NCBI GenBank assembly: GCA_024626585.2
Contig: JANKJI020000002.1
Coordinates: 60,285,395-60,305,494, forward strand
DNA length: 20,100 bases
Source: Ginkgo biloba
Taxonomy: Eukaryota; Plantae; Ginkgophyta
Direction of reading: 5' to 3'
The notes under the pieces are model-generated. The model searched no databases. It saw nothing but the letters and a program-made list of their open reading frames with translations, and was not told where the DNA came from. The position numbers and the translations under genes are program-made. Below, piece after piece: positions 1 to 11,968 of the stretch (positions within the stretch are counted from its first letter, which is position 1; each line of letters begins with the position of its first letter).

Positions 1-889
1 AGGATATAGGAATAATCTATTTGAAGGTTATTTCTGAGGGATATTGGAATAATGTGTTTGAATGGATTCTATGATTATCTTTTCAAGTAAAATCCAATCT
101 ATATTAGATTTGTAGGAAGGACATATTATTTTAACTATTTCAAGGCTTCATAACTCCAAAATTAATTTTTATTATATCTTCTACAATTGGCTTTCTTTAC
201 AATAAAGGATCCTTTTCATGAAACGATCGATAAAATGTTGATATTTCATCTCTAAAATACTATAATTCCTTCTTAACAAGATCTCTTCTTGTCATCACAA
301 ATCAATAATTAGGAGACTATATTAATGGCAAAAAAAAGAAACTTCTAATGGGATAGAAGAGATTCTAGAAGCAAGGATCTCTAAGAAAATAAAAATATAA
401 TGTCAATCCTTCATCATAGTTAGTTACAACATCAACTATTTCTCCTTAGGATATGCATTTTGGCACACAACATCTAAATGTTTTTATGGAACATTATGGA
501 TTTGATCTAATTAGTCTAAAAATGAGCTTCAAGGGACAACAATACATTTTAAATGGGTAGTCAAGGGACTTGCTAAGATTAAAATGTAGTATTCATTAAT
601 TTTTCATGTCCATCTCACTATAAGAACTATAAATCTTTACAAGATCTAAGAGAACAACAAAATGGATATAATTTGAAGTAAAAAAATAGGTATAATACTC
701 CTTAGAGTAAAAGTTACCTTCAAATATGCCCCTTACAATAAGGACAACATATTCTTCTTAAACTACAATGGATACAACTATGAGAATATTCCTAAAATAG
801 AACAATAACATAGAATAAGAAGATCACAAGGAAACTATGTAATTGGAGCTAATACACCCTTAAATAGTTTAAAGAAATATTTTCATTAA

Positions 890-1082
890 GCTAGTATAAG
901 GCCGATAGATTTCTAAAGCAATAAGGTACAAATTCTAGTAAAATAACAGCCTCAAACCACCTATTACTAACTTGGTATAAGGAACTATAGTTTAAATTAG
1001 AAAGAGCCTATTTATCCTCTTATTTTTCATGAGGAATATTCAACAATTTATACTTGTCTTCTAGAAAGAAGAAGAGCACTTA
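890..1082 (+). mobile_element. Decayed 3' end (chromodomain-like tail and polypurine tract) of an upstream gypsy element
   Basis: ATTCTAGTAAAATAA (ILVK*, cf. chromodomain YLVKW) near 932. The purine tract AGAAAGAAGAAGAG (1063-1076) lies just before an LTR-like sequence starting TG at 1083. Heavily degraded. Confidence 0.35.
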
Positions 1083-1314
1083 TGTTAAGCCAAGAAGGGA
1101 TAAAGGGGTGTAAAACCTAGAGGGGATGTCATATGGATAATTAACCTAAAAGGGGATATGACCTAGGATCACATGCAAGGATAAGTCTAATTTTATACGT
1201 ATCCTAAATATGATTTTTTACTTTGCTAGATGTTTTCTCCTAGGTAGCACTTGCATGTGTTGTTATCTTTTAGAAGGAATTTGGACACAGATAAGATTTT
1301 AAATTAAATCAATG
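1083..1314 (+). repeat. LTR copy (partial, runs into a 100-N gap) homologous to the LTR at 5391-5888
   Basis: Collinear matches to 5396-5621: AGCCAAGAAGGGATAAAGG/AGCCAAGCAGGGCTAAAGG, CACATGCAAGGAT/CACATACAAGGAT, TTTTTACTTTGCTAGATGTTTTCTCCTA/TTTTTACTTGACTAGAGGCTTTCTCCTA, TTTAGAAGGAAT in both, AAATTAAATCAATG in both. Confidence 0.75.
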
Positions 1315-2264
1315 NNNNNNNNNNNNNNNNNNNNNNNNNNNNNNNNNNNNNNNNNNNNNNNNNNNNNNNNNNNNNNNNNNNNNNNNNNNNNNNNNNNNNN
1401 NNNNNNNNNNNNNNCTAAATTGAACACCTTAATAAAAGATCTTATTAGGGGAATCTAAATTCATTGAATATGCCTACATCTTTTATGAGTTAAAATGTCA
1501 AAATAACACATGTTTAGTCAATGTAATAATTATTTCTTATATGTTGTACCTTTCTCCTACTGTGTCACTTATTTCCCTTACTAGAGCATTGTGACTTTAT
1601 CTATGATTATCCTTTTTCTTGATATGATGCTGACTTTATTTACTGCATTGTGCCTTTCTCCTACATAGTAAAAATTTCATCAAATGCTATATCTTTCTCT
1701 TGCAAAGTTTTTTGGGTCCTACAACCCCTATGCAATTTGCCAAAACTTCATATAAGGTTGCCTTCAACTAAAAATAACTTCCTTAAAGTAATAATAACTC
1801 TCGAATTTAGCAAAAACCTTCTTAGAAAGATAATTCCTTGAGTATATGAGCATAATGATGATGAGATAAGATTATTGAGGGATATCTAAGCCTAGATAGC
1901 CCTTTTTTATTTCATAATGAAGGTGTGTTAACCACCACATAAAGTTAGGATTACCCCTAGGGTTGACCCATACCCTAGAAAACCCTATATGGAATTGTAT
2001 GCTCATCATTTATTCCTTAAAGGGATATTCCTTATGCTAGAATACCCTATTATACTTACCCTTCATAATTTTCTCTCTCTTTAAGATATATTCATGGGGT
2101 TTAGTCATTATTTTAAGAATATAGAACCAAGCCCCAACATTTAGCTTTAGTTTGTTGTTGTCTCTTAGTGTTGAATTAAGGGTGATTCTTAAGGTCTTAT
2201 TGGGTTTATTTTTCAAGGCCAAACTCATCAAATCTTGAGTTTCATTTTTTGTCAAAGTATAAGC

Positions 2265-5200
2265 TATAATAGTCCCAATAGATTATACTAGTTTACTTTT
2301 AGGTATACCATTCTTACATGATAAAATGGGAAAAAAATTCCTTTATCAAGGAAAATATAGATTGTATATGTATGGAAATGCCTTCATTTTAAATTATATT
2401 CCTATAGCTAAGGATATTGTATTATTTAATAATACACCAGATAAATGGTTGGTCCAACCTTCTCAAAATTTTATTTTAATTATTCTTAGGATTCATAAGG
2501 AACCAAGTTTTGAGGCTCAATTAGTTCTATAATGGGAATTTGTAAGAGTATGATGATGTCTTTAAATAACCATAAGGTATTCCCTCAACAAGGTCTATTT
2601 TTCATTCCATTTATTTATTAAAAGGGGCACCTTTACCAAATAGTATACAACTTTATAGAAAATTGAGGACAACTATAGCATTATTAGTAAAGAGGCATAT
2701 TAATCCTAATACATCTTTATGTTGTTTGTAAGTCATTCTTATGGCAAAGAAAGATGGAACTTAGTAAATACGTATTAATTTTAGAGCCATCAACTAGATA
2801 ACTATTAAGAACCATTATCCTCTACCCTACATCAATGACTTACTTGATCATCTCTAGGGAGAAATATTCTTTAGTGAAATTGACTCAAAGTTAGGACATC
2901 ATCAATCTTAAATAAAGGAATATAACATGTGAAAGAATACTTTTAAAATAAATTAGAGCTCTTGAAATGGTTAGTTATTCCTTTTGGATCAAACAATGCA
3001 CTAACCACTTTTATGAGGTTTATAATTCTTCTTTAACCATATCTAAACTCTTTCTTCATTGTATATCACTATGACATATTGGTTTTTGGATGCACTTAGG
3101 AGGAACACCTTATGCACTCAAAAAGAGTCTTATATAAGCTAAGGGAACATAAGTTGTGGGATAATATGGGAAAATGTAATTTTGTTATGCATAGTATTTT
3201 CTACCTTGGCTTCATAGTTGCTAATCATGGGCTAAGGGTGGATATAATAAAGATATAATTATTGAGAGACTAGGGTATACCTTCAAATATTTATGAGCTA
3301 AGTAATTTTCTTAGTCTACCTAACTTTATATAAGGCTTCTCTACTATTTCTCAACCCCTTAGCTACCCCACGAGAGCAAATAATTTTTTTATTTGGAATA
3401 AGGAGTGGTAAGATATTTTTAATTATTAAAGTATAACATGTTCACTACACTAGTTTTGGCTATGTTAAATATTTAATCACCATTTTATATAGAGGAAGAT
3501 GCATCAAGATGCACTATTAGAGTAGTACTCATATAGTTGAGCAAGTTAATTTCCAATAATTCTAAATCCTATATTGGTGTACTTTAAAGGTATAACACAT
3601 ATGATAAGGAGATCTATATTATAGTGCAAGTTGTAAATAAATTGTAGGACCACCTCCTTAGAAAGAAAAGTATAATCTATCCAGATCATTGACCACGCTA
3701 ATTTTTACACTGTCAAACCAAATTAGAGAATCATCATATTGTTAAGTGGAAGGGATACCTTTAAGAATTTCACATCATCATCAAGTACAAGAAAAGGAGT
3801 ACAAATAAAGTGGTTGATTTATTTAATCATTCATATAGACATTATTTTTTATAAGTATTATACACTAAATGCCTACTATTACTAGAGTGAAAATATGTGT
3901 ATTTGATAGATCCAAGGTTTTCTTATATTATTGCTAAACTATAAGATCCTATAGTAGGTAAAGAGGATTCAGTATAAGACTTTTTTATATAATATAGATT
4001 ATTGTATAATTCAAGATTATTATATGTACCATGTGGTAATTTCAAGATCCATTTGATATAGGAGGCTCACCTTTCTAGAATGGAAGGACACTTTAGAGTA
4101 ATGAAGGCTTTGGAACATTTCCAATGTTACTTAGTTTGTCTAAATATGAAATAATATGTTAAGTGTCATATCAAATCATACTCTCTTTGTTGTGTATCTA
4201 ATCATTTCACTAGAAAACTTGGAAAATACCAGCCTCTTTCTATTCTGGATAAACCTTTGAGAATCTAATTCTATCAATGTATTAGATGGTTTATCAATAA
4301 TTTAGTATGGATATGAATATTTTAATATAGTATATGATAGGTTCAGTAAAATGGTTGTTATAATGACTTATAAGAAGAGCATATTTGCAACATAAGTAGA
4401 ATAGTTTTTCTTCATGCATGTTTGGTTCTTTAACAAGCTGTATTCATCCATGATTTAAGAATAGGACAAAAAAATTCTTAGACACTTTTGGATAAGTTTA
4501 TGGGATATGATTGACACTAAGTTAAAGAGGTCCACCACCTTCCATCCTTAGATATATGGGAAGATAGAGGTAATGAATTGGATAGTTATACATGCATTGT
4601 ATATCTATAATCAAATTCCATCATCCTAATACATGGGATGTATCCCTACCTTACATCCAACATAGTTANNNNNNNNNNNNNNNNNNNNNNNNNNNNNNNN
4701 NNNNNNNNNNNNNNNNNNNNNNNNAAGATTTCTTCCTAACTTTCCTATTGATTCATGCATATCAACTTTGTATTTCACTTATTCTTCTTCTTCTTACCCA
4801 AATACCTACATACAAGCTACATACTTTATATAAAATATCCAAAATATTCATAAGAAAATACATGAGTCTTTGTTGATGACATAGTCCAAGTATAAAGAAG
4901 AAAGTGATAAGCATTGCATAAAATATATTTTTCAGGTTGGTGATCAAGAATGGCTCTACATGCCAAAGGAAAATTTAAAAGGTAAGGAAAGGAAGATCAA
5001 TCCATATAAATATGGACCAGACACTATCTTAGAGTAGTTTAGAGAAAATTCCTTCTTCTTGGATTTGCCTCCATAGTTTGGAGAAAATTCCATTATTCAA
5101 TATAAATAAGTTAAAAATATATGATCCACCATTGTTGAATGAGGAAGGTAGGTATTTCCATTAACATCTTGGAAATTCACAAGAAAAATATGAAGAATCA

Positions 5201-5350
5201 CTCAAGGAAAATAGGATCTTCAAGCATTAAGTCAAGAAGATAATGTCTACTAATATTAATTCTTTCCTAAAAGGAAAGAAGGGATAAGATCCATATTGGG
5301 ATAAGTGGATAACTTTGGATAAATTGGAAAAGGAGTTTCCACGTGTGATG
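2265..5350 (+). pseudogene. Degenerate Ty3/gypsy (chromovirus-type) pol: protease C-terminus, RT, RNase H, integrase, chromodomain-like tail
   Basis: Manual translation through stops gives protease end VPIDYTSLLLGIPFLHDK (~2270-2325) and RT KKDGT**IRINFRAIN*ITIKNHYPLPYINDLLDHL (2747-2855) plus VYHYDILVF (3061, decayed VYLDDILVF). RNase H gives EEDASR (~3492) and TYDKEIY (~3597). Integrase gives LYVP...EAH...GHF (4020-4094), STTFHP*IYGKIEVMN (4531-4578) and YGP (5011). The tail reads KWITLDKLEKEFP (~5303-5341). PR-RT-RH-INT is the gypsy domain order. Confidence 0.93.
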
Positions 5351-5390
5351 GGTTAAGTAATGGGGTCCATTTCCCCCTTGAGGGAATAAA

Positions 5391-5888
5391 TCAATGAGCC
5401 AAGCAGGGCTAAAGGTATTTAACACCTATATGGGAGGATATATCTATAATAAACGTAAAAGGGCTATGAACTCAAGTCTCACATACAAGGATGATTATAA
5501 TAGTAAGATTATCTTATATATTTAGGAGTTTTTACTTGACTAGAGGCTTTCTCCTAAGTGGAACTCACATGCACCCTCAATTATTTAGAAGGAATCTTAG
5601 CATGGATAAATTAAATCAATGGTTGTATGAAGACTTTAGGATGTACTAAGTATTATTATTATATGATAATACTTAGCCTCAAATATGAGCATGTGTTTAT
5701 GGGTGTATAGGAACATGTCTCTATCTTTATAAGCTTATATGAAGCATGTGAGAGATTCCTTATAATACAATATTCTTCCTTTATCCAATCCTTCTCTCCC
5801 ACTTGATCTTCCTTTTTATGTTATTGATGTTGAAATATTATGCACTTTAATTAATTTTATATCATGTGGACATTAACTTATTACATCA
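5391..5888 (+). repeat. 3' LTR of the gypsy element at 2265-5350
   Basis: Follows a PPT-like GAGGGAATAAA (5380-5390) directly after pol, ends in ...TTACATCA (5888), and is homologous to 1083-1314. The 5' boundary is decayed (TCAATGAGCC). Confidence 0.7.
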
Positions 5889-6574
5889 TATTTTAATTGT
5901 CATAATAGGTCTACAACATCACACAGAGTTTGAATGTTTTCACATACAAAGGGGAGTCAAATTGGTAAATATTTCAAGATAAGAAAACCCATCACACCAT
6001 TGGGAAAACATATGACACTTTTAAGGAAACATGCCACATAGGTGTAAAACCCACCACATTTCAAGGAAAACCCATTATGCCTTTAGACACATACTTCCTT
6101 TTCCTTATAATTCAAAAGGCCAAAAATCATAACGATATAATCTCAAAGGATAAAATTTTCATAATCATATAACACTACCTAAAGATTGAAGAGGTTAATT
6201 AGAAAACAATGAGGATATTCCATGAGTGTCAAAAAGGCAAACATATCACTTCCATAATCCAACTTGAGTTCTAACCACATGAACCTTCTTTTCATCATAC
6301 AATTGAAGAAGTAGGTGTTTTCCTCATCTTTTAGAATTGATTCCCTCATTCTCTCTCTATCTTCTCTTTTAGCAAAATTCTCTTAGAAATAAAGTGCTCC
6401 CATATTCTTCTCTATTTGTGATTATGAACTTATTAACTTTTAACTAGTGTCACTAATAAAATTATTATTATTTTTTTAAGATCATTTCTAACATTACATA
6501 TATTTATGTTATTTATTGATTAAAGTCTTATTCATTTATTTTTATCATTATAAGTTTTTATTTGGGACCTTACA

Positions 6575-8457
6575 ACTGATATCCAATTCTCGCAATGATC
6601 TTGTAACCATATCCATTGATGATAACTTGATCACAAATAAAAAGAATAATGCAAAAGTAAGAAGATGNNNNNNNNNNNNNNNNNNNATTTATTGGCCTAG
6701 GACTCTTTTAAGTTCTTTTTCTAGGTTTGATCTTTCTAAACCCTTAAAAGAGAGCATCATAATCAAATGTGGAGAGGAATATCTTGAATAAAAATTATTT
6801 TATTTAAACATGCCTAATGCATTCTTTAAGTGGAATGATAGTAACCATAAAATTAGGCAAGAGGAGGAGGTCATATTGCATACTGTATAAAGCCAAAGAT
6901 ACCACCATTATGGTCTAATTGACTAATTTAATTGTAATAATGGATGTTAAATATGGAGATTGTATTCATAAACACTAATATGCCCTTTGATGTTGAAAGA
7001 GTACATTTGCAATAACTAATATNNNNNNNNNNNNNNNNNNNNNNNNNNNNNNNNNNNNNNNNNNNNNNNNNNNNNNNNNNNNNNNNNNNNNNNNTACTCT
7101 AAATTCAAGATGACCTATTCATAGAGATGACCATAATTGGCATGATCCTTATAACATATATTTAGCTCACTTATTTTAGCTTGACCATTTGGCATATGAA
7201 TACATAAATAAATCATAAATCCTACATAAAAAGTTAAGACTAAATGAAGCAAATGTACATGATTTTTACATCTATAGTCTGTGATAAAAAATAAATGTGG
7301 ATATTTGAAAACATAATCTATGAATATTAGAGAAGGTAATATTTTAGCTCANNNNNNNNNNNNNNNNNNNNNNNNNNNNNNNNNNNNNNNNNNNNNNNNN
7401 NNNNNNNNNNNNNNNNNNNNNNNNNNNNNNNNNNNNNNNNNNNNNNNNNNNNNNNNNNNNNNNNNNNNNNCTTTGTTGTAAATGCAAAGAACCATGGGAA
7501 AAAGGCCATGTTTGAAAGAAGCCACAAAAGAATTTTTAAATGGTGGAAGAACTAAATGGATAACCATAAGTAGTAGAAAACCCCAACGAACAAGAAGAAC
7601 ATGCACTTGTAAATAATAACAACAACTAAGCGAATAAAGACCATAAATATGACATCATTGAGAAACCACTTTTACGGTTTGAGAAGGTGGATATTTATTT
7701 ATCATTAATAAAGACTAGACACATTAACATAAATGGAGTCATATGAAAATACAAACTCTTGCTATTAGTAGATTCAAGAAGTATGCATAATTTTCTTGAT
7801 TTTAAAAAAATCAAGTAGTTATGACCACACAATAATAATAGAAACCACATCCCCATAACATTTCCTAGACATAACTCATTAATGTGTGATGACATCATCA
7901 AAATTCTTAACTTGGTAATGGGAGAACATATATTGATTAATGTCTTCTTTACATTACCAATTATATGAGTAGATGAAGTATTAGATATATAATGACTAAG
8001 AACACTTGGCCTATATGGAATAAACCATGATAAAAAACTTTATGTTCAAGCTTGATAAAGTTAAGTATATTATCTATGGTAGGTGTGCATCATCAAATCA
8101 AATCATTGATTCCAAAAAGATGGATAGCATCCTTTAAAAGGGTCATATCGAGTTCATTGCAAGAATAATTTGCATGGAAGCCTAATCTAAATAATCACCT
8201 CATGCCCTATTCCAAGAAGAGCATACAATCAAGCAAAAAGGGGACATTTAAGTAGTCCTCCAAAAACACCACAATGTATTCCAAGATCTACTTGAGAGCT
8301 TACCACTAGATAGGGGAATGGGGCACATAATTGAGATAAAACTAAATGAAGGTCCCATAATTGTCAACAATGTCGATAGAGTCACACACGAAAGATTGAA
8401 ATTGACAGAACCACACAAGAAATTCTAGGTATAGGGCATATTTAATGAACCAATGAA
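6575..8457 (+). pseudogene. Degenerate gypsy gag-protease-start of RT, truncated
   Basis: Zinc-knuckle-like LCCKCKEPWEKGHV* (7471-7515), protease LVDSRSMHNFLD (7765-7800, cf. LIDSGSTHNFID) and FFTLPII*VDEVLDI**LRTLG (~7945-8010). The pre-RT segment reads LQKHHNVFQDLLESLPLDRGMGHIIEI (8258-8338) and EIDRTTQEILGIGHI (8398-8442). A possible decayed LTR end/PBS TTACA-ACTGATATC is at 6570-6583. Confidence 0.85.
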
Positions 8458-9189
8458 TGTTGCTTTAGGATGGATACAAACAAGAATGACTGGCAAGACA
8501 CTAAAGAATTGAATTCAACTTAGTGTAAAGTCACCTGCAAATAAAATGTGGGTACACATGTTCCCTTGCACGTAAACTATAGGTGAGTTCCACTTTCAAG
8601 TAAGATGTAGGCGAGAATCAAAACACATCAACCATGGACCCAGATGACATTAAGTCACAAGAAGTTACTTATGGCCAAGGTGCAAATAAAAAAAAAAAGT
8701 TAAGTCATGCACTCACTTACATAGCTCTTGTAGGAAAAATTTAGTAAGACCACCTACATTGAAAAACACTCACCAACATGCCAATTTGTAAGTTATTATT
8801 TCGTTGGTCACCTACAACCTGACTATATGAAAAGTAGNNNNNNNNNNNNNNNNNNNNNNNNNNNNNNNNNNNNNNNNNNNNNNNNNNNNNNNNNNNNNNN
8901 NNNNNNNNNNNNNNNNNNNNNNNNNNNNNNNNNNNNNTTCCTTGTGCTTTTTTAACATTTCTGCAACCTATTGAGTCTATTTAGAATCTAGTTGATCACT
9001 TACCAACATCAATTTTCCTTCAACTAACCTAATTATGTATATGGATAGCATGGGGGAGTTATCCTCCTGTGTGAGTGAAAATTACATAATATCATCACCT
9101 TCAACATCACTTGCACTATTGTCTATATTCTTGAATGAATAATTCATAGGTCCATGCATACATGCATATAGTTCAATATCTTTATCCTT

Positions 9190-10026
9190 CTATTTTAACT
9201 CCATGTAGTGATCAAGATCCATAAGATTTGTTGTGTTATCATCTTCCCAATTAGAGAAAAATAATGTATATCCTTCTAAGTATTCATATTCTTCACCTTC
9301 GTCCCCTATCCATTCGGGATTCTCCTTCATTAGTCTTATAGGTGAGTACATAAATAGACATTTTCTTTTGAAACCACATATAATTTCTAACTCTCTTGAT
9401 CTCATTTGTAGTTTGGCATCTTCTATGGTGAGTAACAGTCTACCCAAAATCATAGGGTATCCTGCTTCTTTCTTTGAATTCAAAACTAGGAAGTGTCTTC
9501 GATAGTCCCATGTTGTCATGGTGACTACCACATATTCTAGTTTTCCCTATGGTATTATTGTTGACTGATGAACCAACTTAAGAACTATTTGGGTTCTTCA
9601 TAATAGATTTGTCAAATTGAGACTATGAATTATCTTCATCATCATCACACTCATAGTAGTTCCTGAGTCTACCAGAACTCCTTCAATTATGATGCCATTA
9701 ATAACTACTTTGACCAATAGATTTCCAAGATTTGCATTCTTACGCATGATATAGTTATCTATCATCAAGTCGAAGATTGCTCCCTCAACTTACTTCAACC
9801 TTATTTTCCTTATGCCTGGGTTGGCAGGCACAAAACTCTTTCACTTGTATTATATAGTCTGGATTGTCTCTTATAACATGGATAAGCGGTATGCTAACTT
9901 TAACACTCTTCAATTCTTCTACAAAATCAAATTCTAGTTCATTTTTTTCTTTCTCTCTTGGATAAGTTTCTTGCATTCTTCCTAGAAAGGGAATCTTCCT
10001 TACTAGATCATTGGATTTATATGAAT
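9190..10026 (-). pseudogene. gag C-terminus + aspartic protease, copy A (more decayed)
   Basis: ORF 9190-9531 and the distal part of ORF 9785-10357. Active-site-like LVDSGTTMSVM at ~9643-9675 and YPMILGRLLLT. Confidence 0.85.
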
Positions 10027-10126
10027 NNNNNNNNNNNNNNNNNNNNNNNNNNNNNNNNNNNNNNNNNNNNNNNNNNNNNNNNNNNNNNNNNNNNNNNNNN
10101 NNNNNNNNNNNNNNNNNNNNNNNNNN

Positions 10127-10897
10127 ATGGGAGGACAAGAATCTATATCCTTCCAAGTGTTCATCTTCTTCGCCTTCGTCTCCTATCCATTCAGGATTCT
10201 CCTTCACCAGTCTTGCAGGCGGGTACATAGATAAACATTTCCTTTCAAAACCACATGCAATTTCTAACTCTCCCGATCTCATTCCTAGTTTGGCATCTGT
10301 TGTGGCCAACAATGGTCTACCCAAAATCATGGGGTAACCTCCTTTCTTCGAATTCAAAACTAGGAAGTCTCCTGGATAGTCTCATGATGCCATGGTAACT
10401 ACCATGTCTTCCAGTATGCCTTCTGGTATTGTTGCTGACCGATCAGCCAATTGTAGTACTGTTTGAGTTCTTCTCAACAAGTTCATCAGATTCAGCCTAT
10501 GCATCGTCATCACGCTCGTAGCGGCTCCTGAATCTTCCAAAGCTCCTTTAATCACAATGCCATTGATAACTACATCAACTAACGACTTCCTAGGATTTGC
10601 ACACATAAGTATGATACAGTTACCTAGCATTAAGTCGACGATCACTCCCTCTACTTATATTACTTCGAGGTTCTTTTCCTTATGCCTAAGTTCGTGAACA
10701 CATAACTCTTTCACTTATCTTGAATAGGATGGATTGTCTCTAATAACATGAACAAGTAGTATGCAGACCTTAACATTGTTTATTTCTTCTACAAAATCAA
10801 ACTCTTATTTGATTTTTTCTTTCTCCTTTAGCTAAGTTGCTTATATTCTTCTTAGAAAGGGAATCTTCCTGACTAGATCACTACATTTGTATGGATT
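10127..10897 (-). pseudogene. gag C-terminus + aspartic protease, copy B (better preserved)
   Basis: ORF 10382-10645 (GALEDSGAATSVM, LQLADRS) continues through a TGA into DYPGDFLVLNSKKGGYPMILGRPLLATTDAKLGMRSGEL. It aligns with copy A at an offset of about 870-880 bp. Confidence 0.88.
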
Positions 10898-10999
10898 CTT
10901 GGTTCTGAGTACCACATTTATACTTCCATTCCTTTCTCCAAATTTTCTTCTCTAAGGGTGATTTTCATGCCTTCCATTTTCTGTCTCATTCTTGTACAT

Positions 11000-11280
11000 A
11001 CTAATCACTTCCTCACTAGTAACCTTCCCAATCACATATCAACTAAAATCTTGTCCTACTTCATTTTAACTAGGGGTTCCACTAGTCACTCCTACTGGAA
11101 ACCTTCCCAATCACATACTGATTGGAATCCCAATTTGCTTCATCTAGACTAGTGGTTTCACCAATCATTCCTTGACTGACAACCTTCCTAGACACATACT
11201 AATTAGAATCTCAATCCACCAGTCACTCCTTAACTCGTGACATTTCTAGTCACACACTTACTGGAGGATTCTCCAGTCAT
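11000..11280. repeat. Degenerate tandem repeats (~4 units, 60-80 bp spacing)
   Basis: Recurrent TCACT(T)CCT...AACCTTCC(C/T)A(A/G)(T/A)CACATA(C/T) motif at about 11004, 11086, 11165 and 11223. Confidence 0.6.
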
Positions 11281-11869
11281 TTCTCCATTGGGATATCCTT
11301 CTATGGCTAATTCACTAGAAATCTAACTAATCCCCAACTCCTGGGAAGGTTTTCAAAATTTATCTCCATGGATGATCATTCTTCTTTCTATGTCCCTCTC
11401 ATCTCTTTTTATCTTAGAATTTTTCTTCAAAAGTTTGCTTTCATCCTATCGATCATTTTGTCCACTTACTATATTATTGCATTGTGCCTTGGTTTGTCAG
11501 ACGGGATTTTCCTATTAGAACTAAGGGAGATGTATACTCTATCCAAAAATATCATTCTTCCTATTCCCTATAAAGGATGTAGAAAATAAATGTCGATTAC
11601 AACCATTATATTTAGTNNNNNNNNNNNNNNNNNNNNNNNNNNNNNNNNNNNNNNNNNNNNNNNNNNNNNNNNNNNNNNNNNNNNNNNNNNNNNNNNNNNN
11701 NNNNNNNNNNNNNNNNTTATGGTATTAAAAAATAATACTAAAATATTTTAGTATAAATATTTTAATTTAGATTATTATCATTTTTCTAGGTTGGATTATT
11801 ATAGGTTTTTGGGGTTAGATTAGTATTTTCCAGTATTGGTTTCAATCTAATAAAATTATAAGGTTAGAG

Positions 11870-11968
11870 ATATATAATTCATATATATGTCTATATGTGT
11901 ATAATCATACATGTTTGTATATTTATGTTTATGCACATGCATATGCATTCATGTGTGTGCATGTGTTT
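11870..11968. repeat. Low-complexity TA/TG/CA dinucleotide-rich tract
   Basis: ATATATATGTCTATATGTGTAT...ATGCACATGCATATGCATTCATGTGTGTGCATGTG. Confidence 0.5.

Larger units (their letters stand above)
8458..11616 (-). mobile_element. Minus-strand gypsy-like (Athila/Tat-type gag-protease) element that interrupts the preceding element; no RT/INT visible
   Basis: Similarity to the + strand pol stops near 8457, where TGTTG begins. The minus strand encodes FDFVEELKSVKVSIPLIHVIRDNPDY, LEDSGAATSVM, LQLADRSATIPEGILEDMVV and YPMILGRPLLAT. Boundaries are uncertain because of 100-N gaps. Confidence 0.7.

Noticed and set aside
1415-2255. Possible gag or a further LTR between the left LTR and pol
   Set aside because: No convincing motif, PBS or terminal repeat could be identified by eye.
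9233-10337. Plus-strand Ser-rich ORFs 9233-9505, 9958-10230, 10011-10337
   Set aside because: Antisense shadows of the minus-strand protease frames.
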